Shown here: piece after piece, positions 20,988 to 31,646 of the stretch | Numbering within the stretch: the stretch's first letter is position 1 | Layout of the letters: each line of letters starts with the position of its first letter | Source: an uncultured Candidatus Saccharimonadales bacterium | GTDB taxonomy: Bacteria; Patescibacteriota; Saccharimonadia; UBA4664 | Direction of reading: 5' to 3' | Length of the DNA: 64,000 nucleotides | NCBI GenBank assembly: GCA_964467655.1 | Contig: CAYXSN010000008.1 | Coordinates: forward strand, 78-64,077 | Notes under the pieces: generated by a model | Seen by the model: the letters and a program-made list of their open reading frames with translations, nothing else | What the model was told of the DNA's origin: nothing | Databases searched by the model: none | Translations under genes and position numbers: made by a program

Positions 20988-22021
20988 CTGGCTAGGCCAA
21001 TGGCTGTGGTGTACATTGGCGCATCGGTTTCTGGGATTTGATCGAGCTTACCTAAGTCCAGGTCTTTCCAGGGTTCAGCGACCACCAGGGGTACGTTCAT
21101 CTGGGAAGCCATATATTCCACAAACCCAGGCATACTGGCGCTGCCACCAGATACAATGATCAGCTCAATCTTCCGCCTGCCAGCGCCCCGGTCTTGGTAA
21201 AATTTAATAACCCGCTTCATCTCATCGCACATTTTCTTCAAGGGAACACCTAAGCTGGCCACAATCTTGGGCTGTAGCCCAGACGGCCCTACCCCAAATT
21301 TGTACTTAATCTCACTGGCCTGGTCACGGGTAATGGCCAGGTCTTTTACGAGCTGCATCGTTAAGGTGTCACCTCCCATGGCCACAGTATCAGTCAGGCG
21401 TAGCACTTTATCGTAGACTGTCAGGTCAATCGAACTCGAACCAATGTCGGCCACCAGTGTCGGCTTGTCCATCTGAGCGGTGGCTACCACTGCCCGGGTA
21501 GCGGCTGCCAGGCTCGATTCAATGAGACCGACCTCAAGCTTGAGGATGTCAAACAGCTTCATGTAACTATCTACGATGGCTCGGGGTGCAGCCACCATCA
21601 AGACTTCGCTTTGCTCAGCTCCTGCTTCCACGATTTCATGGTCGATATACAGATCAGCCAGCGGCACCGGAATGTATTGCTCAGCTTCCAGCCGCACCGC
21701 CGCCCCCAGGTCTTCTGGTTTCATATTGGGTAATTGGATGACCCGAGTAAATAGCTTGGCGACAGGCAAAGCTGTAGCTATGCGCGAGGCTGTTAGCCGG
21801 CCATGGGGAACCTTGTCAATCAGCGGTCTGAGTTGTTGAGCGATCAGCTTAGGATCAACAATAATACCTTCGGTGATGGCATCTTCATCAAAATCGGCAT
21901 ACCCATACGCCAGCACCTTGTGCCGGTTACCGCCGGGTCGCAGTTGCATAATCTTGGCTGTACGCGTGCCCAGATCAAAACCAAAAGTCGGCTTTTCCCG
22001 ATAAATGAGCGGTACTCGCAT
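20969..22021 (-). CDS. pilM: Type IV pilus assembly protein PilM
   Basis: GFDLG, EAEQYIP, DIG, SGG, AIGLA actin-like motifs. Confidence 0.95.
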   Translation of the reverse strand: MRVPLIYREKPTFGFDLGTRTAKIMQLRPGGNRHKVLAYGYADFDEDAITEGIIVDPKLIAQQLRPLIDKVPHGRLTASRIATALPVAKLFTRVIQLPNMKPEDLGAAVRLEAEQYIPVPLADLYIDHEIVEAGAEQSEVLMVAAPRAIVDSYMKLFDILKLEVGLIESSLAAATRAVVATAQMDKPTLVADIGSSSIDLTVYDKVLRLTDTVAMGGDTLTMQLVKDLAITRDQASEIKYKFGVGPSGLQPKIVASLGVPLKKMCDEMKRVIKFYQDRGAGRRKIELIIVSGGSASMPGFVEYMASQMNVPLVVAEPWKDLDLGKLDQIPETDAPMYTTAIGLARWETHK

Positions 22022-22072
22022 TACGATATCCTAACCATAGCCATTATACCCATTGTATCATTATGCCAAGCT

Positions 22073-23461
22073 TTAGGGGTTATACAACTGCTCGCGCCAG
22101 TTCAATACGCTGTAGTTGCCAGTGGTGGGGTAGCAAGGGGGCGGCCCATACAGCAAATTGGTGTCGTAGGTAGTGGTGTTAGTCGGGTAGCCGCTAATCG
22201 GGTTACCGCCGCCATTGGTCCATAACCAGGTCCAGGTGTCATAGGTACTAATGCTGCCGTAGAACTGCAAGTTGGTTTTAACACCGCCGCTGTTGGGATA
22301 CCAAACGTTGCCTTTTTGGGCCAGCGCCGCCGCATTGATCTCGATGGTGTTGGGAGCGTAGGTGGCCACCAACACGTCTTTTTGAGCGATCAGGCCGATC
22401 ACGGCGCTACCGTCTTTGGCGGCATATGTGAGGTTACCGACGACAGTTATCGAGGTATTGGTGGCCGGACTTTCAGGCAAACGCCCGCTCATGATGTTGA
22501 TGCGTCCCGGCCAGCCGGTACCCTCCACCCAAACGTTATCCTGAACATATAAAATACCGTTGGCTGGAGCCGCCAAAGTTGCTACCGGAGTGCCCGTCGT
22601 GAATGTTAAGCCGCCTGAAGTTTCGTTCTTGACGATATATTCCTCAATCGTACCGTTCGACTTGAGTTTGAAGTAGTATCCAAGTTTGTTGGTTTTGGCG
22701 AAATACAGGCCATTGGACTGGGCCTTGGCGATACAGGCATTGTAGTCGGCCGTCACCTTGGAGAAATCAATCGACGGTACCGGGTACTGCCACTGGTACG
22801 TGGGGCCGCCGTTGCCCCAAACCCCGTTATGGGTCGCACCGTCGCCGCCGTAGGCCGGTGCTGGTTTGTATGTCGCCCGGGCGGATGTCACTTGGCCATT
22901 ATTAGTTCCGTCCATATGGACGCCCACATTTGAGTGCACCGGTCCAGAAGTACTCTCAGTATTACCGACCCAGACTTCGGTTTCGGTCAACAAAGCATAG
23001 GCAGCAAATGAGGTTTGGCCCAACTGGGCTAAAATGGTGCGTGTACCCGAAAATTTTGGCACGGTCCCAATCGATTTAACCGTTGTAATGGTCGTTCCGT
23101 TTGACGGCGGCGTTATCCAAAGCGTATACGTGCCCAGGAGCTTGCCGTTGGAATCGTAATAATTGTGGCTATAGGGTCCGTAAGGAGCGGTTGAGGGAGT
23201 AGTGGCATTGCCGTCAGTGTAGTCTGTTTGGTTGTGGGCCAGGTGCCATAGGTAATAATTAATACCGGCTTCAGCTACATCCATCGCCTGCGCGCTACGC
23301 ACCTCGTATTGAGTAAACCGGCTGTTTGAGATGAGGGTTTGCGCCGCAATCATGCCCAAAGTCGACAGAATAAACGCCATTACCAGAGCCGTCAGCATGA
23401 TAAACCCGCCCTCGCTTGAGGCGCTGGTTTCGGATTGGATGAGGCGAGAGCGTTGTATCAT
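22073..23461 (-). CDS. PilX-like minor pilin
   Basis: GFIML N-terminus lacking E5, AEAGI motif, W.E terminus. Confidence 0.8.
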   Translation of the reverse strand: MIQRSRLIQSETSASSEGGFIMLTALVMAFILSTLGMIAAQTLISNSRFTQYEVRSAQAMDVAEAGINYYLWHLAHNQTDYTDGNATTPSTAPYGPYSHNYYDSNGKLLGTYTLWITPPSNGTTITTVKSIGTVPKFSGTRTILAQLGQTSFAAYALLTETEVWVGNTESTSGPVHSNVGVHMDGTNNGQVTSARATYKPAPAYGGDGATHNGVWGNGGPTYQWQYPVPSIDFSKVTADYNACIAKAQSNGLYFAKTNKLGYYFKLKSNGTIEEYIVKNETSGGLTFTTGTPVATLAAPANGILYVQDNVWVEGTGWPGRINIMSGRLPESPATNTSITVVGNLTYAAKDGSAVIGLIAQKDVLVATYAPNTIEINAAALAQKGNVWYPNSGGVKTNLQFYGSISTYDTWTWLWTNGGGNPISGYPTNTTTYDTNLLYGPPPCYPTTGNYSVLNWREQLYNP

Positions 23462-24063
23462 AGGTTGGTCTTGAAGTTCCGTAAGGTTACTTGGGTACTC
23501 AGCGACACGGGTTTACTGAGCTGTTTGGTCCGCGGATTAGCCGCCACATACACGCCCACGCCTTTGACTTGACTGAGACTAAAGCCGTTCGGTAACAATA
23601 CCCCGTTTTCGTCATAATATCGAAACAACGCATTGCCTTCCATTTGCAGGTCGACCCGGGTAACAGTAATAACCTCATTGGCGGAGTTATAGGTATAATT
23701 AGGCGCTGTACCGGTCGGGGGAGTCACGCCAATATTCAGATTGGTGCCGTTGATAAAGTACCTGATTTTTTTAACTTGAGTATCGGCCGGCGAGAAATAG
23801 CCATAGATAATCAGGCTATTATCGGTGGCCGAGACAATCCCGGTGGCGCCTCTGATCACCTTGGTCATACGGGCTGCGAGTGTCGTCAGCTCCTGGCTGG
23901 TGTTCGACTGGGCTTGCAGAAACTCAAACGAGCTCAAGCCCTTATAGGTAAATACCGTCAAGGGTACGGCCACCATGGCCACCAGACCCATCACGATAAT
24001 CAACTCCAGCAGGCTATAGCCACCTTGAGCGATGCCCTGGGAGCACCTGTCACGGTACCACAT
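23458..24063 (-). CDS. Prepilin-type minor pilin (PilW-like)
   Basis: GYSLLELIIV cleavage motif; ends V.LRN. Confidence 0.85.
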   Translation of the reverse strand: MWYRDRCSQGIAQGGYSLLELIIVMGLVAMVAVPLTVFTYKGLSSFEFLQAQSNTSQELTTLAARMTKVIRGATGIVSATDNSLIIYGYFSPADTQVKKIRYFINGTNLNIGVTPPTGTAPNYTYNSANEVITVTRVDLQMEGNALFRYYDENGVLLPNGFSLSQVKGVGVYVAANPRTKQLSKPVSLSTQVTLRNFKTNL

Positions 24064-25417
24064 GGTAGCCTCCGGTCTGGGTGGCAGTCTTACCACTCTT
24101 GGTAACCACTAAACTCCAATCACCAGTAGCCGCACCCGTCAGGTTGACGTTGCATGTCAGGCTGGTGCTGGTGCCGCTACAGCCGGTACCGTTGATGTCA
24201 CTTTGGCCTGTCAGTTGCAGCTTCATAGCGGCCGAGCTTAAATTGGTACCTGTGACCGTCACGCTTGAACTGGCGGTGCCGGTTTGACCTGAAGTTGGAT
24301 TAACCTTTGCGATAGTCGGCCAGGTGCTGTCATCACTAATCACCAGGTTAACCGAAGTCGAACTGTTGGGTGCCAATGATGCCGGCGCCATCGGGGCGCT
24401 TGATACTACGTAGTAACCAGCGCCCACACTGAAGCTGTAATCATCCCACTCCATATTGGCTACCGTAATATCACCGCCGGCAGTGGTAGTGGAGCTTTGA
24501 GAATATTTATAAACGGTGGGGTTGTTCTTAGTCTTTTTGGCGCCAGTGATTGTGATAGGGAAGCTAGCCTTGGCTACGCCGTCGGTGTCGATGGCGTGTA
24601 CGTACAAAGTAGATAACTGGTCGATTGACATTGTCAGAGACGTTATCTGCTGAGTTAGTACGTTGGGGTTAAGTTTGACCGCCGTTTGCGAGCCCGGCGG
24701 ATCGGCTATCGTACCGTCAGTTGAATAGCCGCTTTTCGTGACTGTCACCACATAGGTGTTATTGCTGTAAGGTGGCAACCTGGGTACCACCACGAGCCCA
24801 TCGACATCTGTTGTAGTGGAGATATTCACAGCCGGATTTGGACTCGGATTGGTAATCGTCACCGTGGCGTTGGGTATGGGGTTGCCTGAAGCATCGAGCA
24901 CTTTAATGCTCAAAATACCGGTGTTGGAGGACGTTTCGGCCGCTTTGGCCGCCACGTCGGTGCTCAGTTCCGCCACGACTTGGTTACTGGTTTTGAGCTT
25001 GATGATAATGTGGGCCTTTTTGTAATCATATGGGTAAAGGTCCCGAGGCTTACCGGCCGCTGGCCCGCTGGCACAAGGGCATGATGCATACCCATCATAC
25101 GGGTCGTCTACATATTCGATGCGGTTATTGACCAGAAACGTATAACTGCCACGCACGACAGTTTCGTTGTCGGCAATGCTGCCCGGTGGATAAATCGTGC
25201 CATTTTGAGTGGCCAAGGCGTCATATGGCAAGCTGTGCAGATATTCCATTTTTTCGTTGGCCAACGCCAAACCAATCGCCCGAGCCTTGCCGAGTGTCAC
25301 GGTCTTAAGGTTATCCATAAACAAACCACCTACAGCCGCCACCATGATTGCCATAATGGTAACCCCAAAGACTAATTCAACGAGGGTAAAGCCCTGCTCA
25401 CGAGAGGCTCGTTTCAT
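24050..25417 (-). CDS. Large prepilin-type protein with beta-sandwich domains
   Basis: GFTLVEL motif; carboxypeptidase-regulatory-like (VLDASGNPIPNATV) and IPT-like C-terminal domains. Confidence 0.85.
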   Translation of the reverse strand: MKRASREQGFTLVELVFGVTIMAIMVAAVGGLFMDNLKTVTLGKARAIGLALANEKMEYLHSLPYDALATQNGTIYPPGSIADNETVVRGSYTFLVNNRIEYVDDPYDGYASCPCASGPAAGKPRDLYPYDYKKAHIIIKLKTSNQVVAELSTDVAAKAAETSSNTGILSIKVLDASGNPIPNATVTITNPSPNPAVNISTTTDVDGLVVVPRLPPYSNNTYVVTVTKSGYSTDGTIADPPGSQTAVKLNPNVLTQQITSLTMSIDQLSTLYVHAIDTDGVAKASFPITITGAKKTKNNPTVYKYSQSSTTTAGGDITVANMEWDDYSFSVGAGYYVVSSAPMAPASLAPNSSTSVNLVISDDSTWPTIAKVNPTSGQTGTASSSVTVTGTNLSSAAMKLQLTGQSDINGTGCSGTSTSLTCNVNLTGAATGDWSLVVTKSGKTATQTGGYHVVP

Positions 25418-25502
25418 AACAGTTATTATATCGCTAATGCTTGCAATAACGAAACCGGCCTCCAAATTTGAAGGCCGGACTGTTATTTGTTTTATTGGTC
25501 GA

Positions 25503-25934
25503 CTAGTTACCGTTGACCACTTGGAAGGAACGGGTGGTGCAGGGTGACACCGCAGCCAGAGTATTGGTTGAGTTATCCTGATCGTTCTCCAGGCAAGCCG
25601 TCAGAGTGTACGTGGTGTTCGAGTTGGCTGGCGTGTAGGTGTAGACGAACGGCGACACGTTCTTGGGATCAGTCGGCACCGTCTTCATGATCGGGGCTGA
25701 ACCTGACTGCAAGTCAGCCAAAGCTGCCGGGTAAACATTGTTATTGACGAAGTATTCTTCGAGACCTTTGCGGACGGTGGTAATGTCCGTCTTGCGCTGG
25801 GTGTCACGGGCCTTCTTGGGTGCCGATGTGATGTTAGGAATGATCAAAAGGGCCAAGATACCAATGATCACAATCACGATCAGCAACTCGAGCAGCGTGA
25901 AACCACCTTGCTTCTTAATTGACAAACCAGACAT
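25503..25934 (-). CDS. Type IV pilin (probable major pilin)
   Basis: GFTLLELLIVIVIIGIL, KARD.QRK.D, C-terminal Cys pair; SD AGGAGG. Confidence 0.93.
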   Translation of the reverse strand: MSGLSIKKQGGFTLLELLIVIVIIGILALLIIPNITSAPKKARDTQRKTDITTVRKGLEEYFVNNNVYPAALADLQSGSAPIMKTVPTDPKNVSPFVYTYTPANSNTTYTLTACLENDQDNSTNTLAAVSPCTTRSFQVVNGN

Positions 25935-26101
25935 GAGTGCTCACCTCCTTAAAATTTTGCGGACAAAACAGCTTTTTATTTGATGCTATTCTTCCCTTGC
26001 ATCATAAAGTGCTTAAGGTTGATATGTCAATGGGAACTTGAGAGCGCTAGGCATAAACGTGATGCAGGCCCGGGGAACATGGTGTTCCCCGGGCCTGTGG
26101 T

Positions 26102-26305
26102 TCAGCCGACTCGCCACATGACGATGAACGCGATGATCAGCGCAAACGCCACGCCCACCAGCCCTGCTGATATCCAGGCGAACAAGGTGGCTCGGCCCGG
26201 CCGGGCCAGTATCTCTTCCTTGTTTCGCCGCGCCCATGAGATCTGTGCTCCCGTGGCCGCCACGATGGCGCCCGCAGTATAGAGCATCAGCGAACGAAGG
26301 TCCAT
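26102..26305 (-). CDS. Small two-TM hypothetical protein
   Basis: TTGACA-17-TATAAT promoter (26337-26365), SD GGGAGG, terminator hairpin 26064-26098. Confidence 0.65.
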   Translation of the reverse strand: MDLRSLMLYTAGAIVAATGAQISWARRNKEEILARPGRATLFAWISAGLVGVAFALIIAFIVMWRVG

Positions 26306-26407
26306 AAACCCTCCCTTCTCGTGTGGACGTCATTACATTATAAAACAAATAATTATTTTTGTCAAATAGCGCAAAGTGACCGAGGCCAGCGCCGAAGTGG
26401 CTGGCTT

Positions 26408-27625
26408 CTAAACCGAGCTGCCAATATTGGAAATCGGCCCAAACACACTGATCACAATGAACCCGACCATACCACCCAACACCATGATCAGAATCGGCTC
26501 GATGATCGAACTAATACCGGCAACCACAGTATCTACTTCTTTCTCGTAGAAATCGGCCAGTTTCAACAAAATGGTATCCATCTGGCCGGTTTCCTCACCC
26601 ACGCTCAGCATCTGTCCTACAATCGCCGGAAAGTGCTTGCTCGCGCGAATGTGTTCACTCATGGGCCGGCCGTTTTTGACCGATTGCGCTACGACAGCCA
26701 GCTCTTCCTGATAAACGGTATTACCGAGAGCTGATTTAGTGGCGTTGATGGCATCAAGCACCGAAATGCCCGATGCCATAAGTGAACCAAAAGTACGGGC
26801 GAATCGGGCAATGTTGACCTTCACGAGGATCTCACCAAATATAGGCATCTTTAATAGTAATTTATCAACTATACGCCGCCCGCCGGCCGTGGCCCGCCAG
26901 CGCACAAAACCGATTCCCGCAGCCACTAAGCCTCCGATAACCATCCACCAGCTATGAACCAAAAAACCTGATATCGCCAGCATGGCCTTGGTATAAACCG
27001 GCAGTTCGGCACCGGCGTTCTCGAAAATGCTCGATAGCTTCGGCACGATTACGGTCATCAGGAAGATAAATGCAGACACAGTCGCCACGGTAATGACGCC
27101 CGGATAAATCATGGCGCTGCGCACCTTGCTGACGATCTCGGCGTCTTTTTCTTGTTGGGTCGCCAGCCGGTCCAAGACCTGGTCTAAAATACCGCCCACT
27201 TCACCGGCTCTCACCATATTGACGTAAATCTCATTGAAAACATCGGGGTGCGCCGACAACGCGTTAGCCAGCGTGGCCCCGCCTTCGACCTGCTTGGAGA
27301 CATCGGCAGTCACGTTCTTGAGCTTCTTGGAGGTCGTCTGCTCGGCCAGAATGCTCAAGGTCTGCACGATTGGCACGCCGGCATTGATCATGGTGGCAAA
27401 CTGACGGCTAAATACCACCTTGTCTTGTAGACTGACGTGCTGGCCAAGAAATTTGCCAAGAAACCCGGCGCCATTCTTGCCGACAGCCGCCTGTTCCTTG
27501 ATAAGCACCGGTGTCAGGCCTTTAGAGGTCAGGCTGGCGGTGGCACCGGCTCGATCAGGAGCAAAAACCGTACCCTTGACGATGGCACCGCTTTTATCGT
27601 GAGCGCTATAGTTAAATTGACCCAT
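26408..27625 (-). CDS. pilC: Type IV pilus platform protein PilC
   Basis: FSRQFATMINAG, GE..G, two T2SSF repeats. Confidence 0.95.
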   Translation of the reverse strand: MGQFNYSAHDKSGAIVKGTVFAPDRAGATASLTSKGLTPVLIKEQAAVGKNGAGFLGKFLGQHVSLQDKVVFSRQFATMINAGVPIVQTLSILAEQTTSKKLKNVTADVSKQVEGGATLANALSAHPDVFNEIYVNMVRAGEVGGILDQVLDRLATQQEKDAEIVSKVRSAMIYPGVITVATVSAFIFLMTVIVPKLSSIFENAGAELPVYTKAMLAISGFLVHSWWMVIGGLVAAGIGFVRWRATAGGRRIVDKLLLKMPIFGEILVKVNIARFARTFGSLMASGISVLDAINATKSALGNTVYQEELAVVAQSVKNGRPMSEHIRASKHFPAIVGQMLSVGEETGQMDTILLKLADFYEKEVDTVVAGISSIIEPILIMVLGGMVGFIVISVFGPISNIGSSV

Positions 27626-27650
27626 GCCGGTTTAGCCGTTATCCATTAGG

Positions 27651-29660
27651 TTACTCTCGCGTCACCCGCATGATTTCTTCAATCGTCGTTTTACCGAGTA
27701 GTGCTTTCACAAATCCGTCTTGCTGCATGGTCAACATACCACTACGAATGGCGGCCACCTGGATGTCCTCACTGGTCGCCCGCGACACAATTAGCTTTGA
27801 TAGAGTGGTATCAATTTCTAGCACTTCGTAGATACCCATCCGGCCCTGGAACCCGGCACTACCGCAGGCTTCGCAGCCGGGTCCTTGCTTATACAAGATG
27901 AACTGGCCCGATTTCAGATCTTTGGGATCAGGAGCCGGTTCGGCCATGGGCACCTTGGTCTCCTTGGCGGCGGGTGCAGTTTGTGCGACGGCCTTGGGCT
28001 GGTTGGCCTCTGCGGCGCTGCGGTTCAAAATATTGGGATCAGCTGCAATTTTATCGAGGATACTCTTGGCATTTTCAATGATTTCGTGCTCAGGATTAAT
28101 TACCCGGCCTTTTTTGTGCTCAGTGGGTAGGATGGCCTCTTCTTCAACCTTGGGCACAGCTTCGACTTCGGCCGTGGCCGCTGGTGTGGCTGGCGCCTCG
28201 GGCATGCCTTTGATCTCGTTGAAGCGTTTCAAAGCGGCATCCAGCTGAAAGTCGCGCTTGATATTGGTGAGCTCAACCCCCACCGGCACGTAGGGAATCC
28301 GGCAGGTCTGGCACAGCCGGCGCACCAGCCGCTGGCCGATCACGGTATTAACGGTACTGGCAATCAAAAACGGCTCGATGCCCATATCGAGCAAACGGGG
28401 GAGGGTGGTGGCGGCATTGTTGGTGTGCAAGGTACTGAGTACGACGTGGCCGGTGAGCGCCGCCTGCACCGCCAGATCGGCCGTCTCGCCATCCCGAATC
28501 TCGCCAACCATGATGATGTTGGGGTCTTGCCGCAGCAAGGCCCGCAGGCCCGAGGCAAACGTCATGCCCGCCTTGGGATTGACCTGAGTCTGGTTAACGC
28601 CGCCTACCCGGTATTCCACGGGGTCCTCAATGGTAGAAATATTGACACCGGCGGTATTGAGCATACTCAAGACCGAATACAACGTTGTCGATTTACCGGA
28701 ACCAGTCGGGCCGGTCACCAGAGTCATGCCGTGGGGCTTATGGAGGTTACGCACGATGGTTTCCAGGGCATGACCGTTAAAGCCCAATTCCTCGAGCGTC
28801 AGGGCACGGGCCGATTCGTCCAAAATACGCATGACTACTTTTTCGCCATCCATGATCGGCAGGGTGGAAACGCGCAAAGCCACCTGGGTTTGGCCAATGG
28901 CAAATTTAAACCGCCCGTCCTGGGGCACGCGGTGCTCATCGATCTTGAGATTGGCCAAGATCTTAATACGCGACACTACGGCCGCCAGAATTGGCTTGGG
29001 CAGGGTCATGGTCTCTTTGAGGACACCATCAATCCGGTAACGCACTTGCACGATAGTCTCGCGGGGCTCGATGTGGATGTCCGAAGCTCGCGATTTGACG
29101 GCGTACTCCAAGATGACGTTGACAGTTTTGGCGATGGGCGCGTCTTCGGCCAAGTCTTTGGCCGACACTTTTTCCTCAGCGGCGGCATCAGCACTAGAGT
29201 CCTTGATGGCCTGAGTGATCTCACTGGAAATACTACCCTTGTATTGGTCAAGGGTACCCAAGATGTCGGCCTGGGTAGCAATGTAGGTTTTGAGTTTACC
29301 GCCGACTTGCTTGGTGATGAAGTCGATAGCTTGGAAGTCTTCAGGGTCGGCCATCGCCAGCTGGAGCTGGTCTTCATCCACACCAAACAGCACCACTTGG
29401 TATTTGCGGGCAATCCTCTCGGGGATTTTGAGGAGGATCTCGCGGGGGATCTTGGCCTCACCGAGCTCAACAAACGGCATTTCCAAGCTCTTGGCGTACA
29501 GCTTGGCCAGGTCTCTCTCGGAGACCAGCTTTTTCTTGAGGACATTCGATAGCAATGTCTCCGACTCGCCCTCTTTGGGCATCAACTCCTCCACGGCCTC
29601 AGCCTTGACCAAGCCGGACTTCACGAGTAGCTGTTTGAGCTCTGGGTCTGCTATGCGCAT
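27651..29660 (-). CDS. pilB: Type IV pilus assembly ATPase PilB
   Basis: ASDIHIEP, GPTGSGKSTT, LRQDP.IIMVGEIRD, two CxxC pairs. Confidence 0.95.
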   Translation of the reverse strand: MRIADPELKQLLVKSGLVKAEAVEELMPKEGESETLLSNVLKKKLVSERDLAKLYAKSLEMPFVELGEAKIPREILLKIPERIARKYQVVLFGVDEDQLQLAMADPEDFQAIDFITKQVGGKLKTYIATQADILGTLDQYKGSISSEITQAIKDSSADAAAEEKVSAKDLAEDAPIAKTVNVILEYAVKSRASDIHIEPRETIVQVRYRIDGVLKETMTLPKPILAAVVSRIKILANLKIDEHRVPQDGRFKFAIGQTQVALRVSTLPIMDGEKVVMRILDESARALTLEELGFNGHALETIVRNLHKPHGMTLVTGPTGSGKSTTLYSVLSMLNTAGVNISTIEDPVEYRVGGVNQTQVNPKAGMTFASGLRALLRQDPNIIMVGEIRDGETADLAVQAALTGHVVLSTLHTNNAATTLPRLLDMGIEPFLIASTVNTVIGQRLVRRLCQTCRIPYVPVGVELTNIKRDFQLDAALKRFNEIKGMPEAPATPAATAEVEAVPKVEEEAILPTEHKKGRVINPEHEIIENAKSILDKIAADPNILNRSAAEANQPKAVAQTAPAAKETKVPMAEPAPDPKDLKSGQFILYKQGPGCEACGSAGFQGRMGIYEVLEIDTTLSKLIVSRATSEDIQVAAIRSGMLTMQQDGFVKALLGKTTIEEIMRVTRE

Positions 29661-29727
29661 AATACGCTAATTGTAGCATAAGCGGTGTAAACAGGCGTAT
29701 TGAGGCAGAAACAGTGAATCGCTCCCC

Positions 29728-29982
29728 CTAGCTCTGTTCAAAGCAGGCCGTATCAGTTGCCTGATTGAACTCCGCCTGAGCTAGCAGTTCCCTGAGCATC
29801 CCGTAGTTTTTGATGGAACTCTGGCACAACTCTCTGATAGCAGAAGTCGCTACGGCAGTTACGCTACAGACGATCAAAATAACCGACGATGCCGCGAGCC
29901 ATCCGCTGACGAAATCATTGTCCGGGTTAGCAGAGGCCATCAGAGTCAGAAATACCACAGGGACGATGAAGAATACTGCCAT
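29728..29982 (-). CDS. Hypothetical membrane protein (start uncertain)
   Basis: Hydrophobic ORF filling the gap; frame stays open upstream without a canonical start. Confidence 0.35.
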   Translation of the reverse strand: MAVFFIVPVVFLTLMASANPDNDFVSGWLAASSVILIVCSVTAVATSAIRELCQSSIKNYGMLRELLAQAEFNQATDTACFEQS

Positions 29983-30233
29983 GACTAAAGCCGCAGTATT
30001 GATATATCCTGAAACCTTCAGCCAGGATCTGCGTACGTTGAGGGTTCCGTCGATTGCCGTTCACGATTCCCCCAGGAAGGGGTGAATTCAGGGTCGAACA
30101 CCTGGGCAAAATCACACAACAAAATGCAAGAAAAGTCCAGCTGGCCGCTCATCTTCAATCCGCCCATGCTTGCATTACGGTATTCGTTCGGTATAGTCGA
30201 ATGCATCAGATCGTCAAGATGGAGAAACTGCCT

Positions 30234-31646
30234 ATGCGCCGCCTGTATGTAATTGTCCTGAGCTCGATATTGAGTCTGCCGGTAAACGTCGCCTTTGCCG
30301 CCCCTGCCCATTCAGCTGGCGAGGCCTTGTCGATCACCGAACTTCTGCCTGATCCGGCCAGCCCCCAGACCGATGCCGACAACGAGTTTGTCGAAATCTT
30401 TAACAGCAGTTCCGATGTCATGAGCCTGTCGGGTATGAAACTGCAGGTCAAATCGGCTACCGCTGCCAATCCGACCCTCAAACCGTTGCCAGACGCCGTT
30501 GTCCCGGCCGGTGGGTATCTAGTGGTTACATCAGGCCAAGCCGGTTTTGCGCTGTCAAACAGTGGGGCCACCGTCTCATTACTCGGAACCGATGGCGCGG
30601 TGTCTGGTGCCAGCGTGACATATCCCAAAGCCGTCACTGGGGCTGCCTGGGCGCTCGGGCCGGCCGGCTGGGGCTGGACGGTTGTTACTACCTCTGGCTC
30701 AACCAACACCATCGTGGCGCCCACTCCGGCGCCGGTCAAAACCGTAAGCTCAGGTAGCGCCGCCACTACCACATCTACACACCAAATCGCCAGTTCGGAA
30801 CAAGCCACGGCCGGCCCAACTGGACCACAAAACTACGGTGCCTTGATGCTCACCGAGCTACTGCCCGATCCGGCCAGCCCCCAGACCGACGCCGCCGACG
30901 AATACATTGAATTTTATAATGCCGGATCGGCGCCAATTGATCTCACTGGCGTAATAGTTAAAACCGGCTCAGCCCTCGGAACCAAACATACTCTCAAGGG
31001 TGGCACTGTCGAACCGGGAGCATATCTGGCCCTCAAAATCACCGACACCAAAGTCTCGTTATCAAACAGCGGTTCCTCAATTGCTCTTTTTACCCCTGAA
31101 GGCGAGCCTATTGGCAGCACCGTCACCTACGGTAAGGCGGTGGCCGGCTCAGCCTGGGCCCGCGACAGTGAAGCCTGGAGCTGGACGACCACTCCCACTC
31201 CTGGTGCGGCCAACCACCTCACAGTCAAGGGCGGTGCGGCGGGCTCAACTACGGGCGGGACCACCTCGAGCAAGTCGTTTGCCGATTCCACAGGTCTGGC
31301 TCCAGCTGCCAGTAAAGCCGCCGCATTAGCGAAATCCGCCGGGGAGGCTGCCAAGTCGCCGGGCGGGGGCTGGTTGATATTTACGCTGCTCGGGCTTACA
31401 CTAATCTACTGTATCTATGAGTTCCGCTATGACGTACAACGTTTCTACCACCGGCTCCGTGGCCACTCAGGAGCTGGCAGCCAGCCTGGCGCCGTTCCTA
31501 CGGGGCGGTCAGGTCTTGGAATTGGTCAGCGATTTGGGCGGTGGCAAAACCACCTTCGTGCAAGGCTTGGCCAAAGGCTGGGGTTTTGGCGGCGACGTCG
31601 GCAGTCCGACCTTCACGATCAACCGGGTTTACCATTTGAAGCCTGA
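30234..31646 (+). CDS. Secreted protein with two lamin-tail domains and C-terminal TM
   Basis: Duplicated TELLPDPASPQTDA..E..E..N, LSNSG, TPTPG; signal peptide from MRRLYV. Confidence 0.85.
   Translation: MRRLYVIVLSSILSLPVNVAFAAPAHSAGEALSITELLPDPASPQTDADNEFVEIFNSSSDVMSLSGMKLQVKSATAANPTLKPLPDAVVPAGGYLVVTSGQAGFALSNSGATVSLLGTDGAVSGASVTYPKAVTGAAWALGPAGWGWTVVTTSGSTNTIVAPTPAPVKTVSSGSAATTTSTHQIASSEQATAGPTGPQNYGALMLTELLPDPASPQTDAADEYIEFYNAGSAPIDLTGVIVKTGSALGTKHTLKGGTVEPGAYLALKITDTKVSLSNSGSSIALFTPEGEPIGSTVTYGKAVAGSAWARDSEAWSWTTTPTPGAANHLTVKGGAAGSTTGGTTSSKSFADSTGLAPAASKAAALAKSAGEAAKSPGGGWLIFTLLGLTLIYCIYEFRYDVQRFYHRLRGHSGAGSQPGAVPTGRSGLGIGQRFGRWQNHLRARLGQRLGFWRRRRQSDLHDQPGLPFEA

Noticed and set aside
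28425-29552. 375-aa plus-strand ORF
   Set aside because: Antisense shadow of pilB with no motifs; the same applies to 32586-33407 opposite rny.
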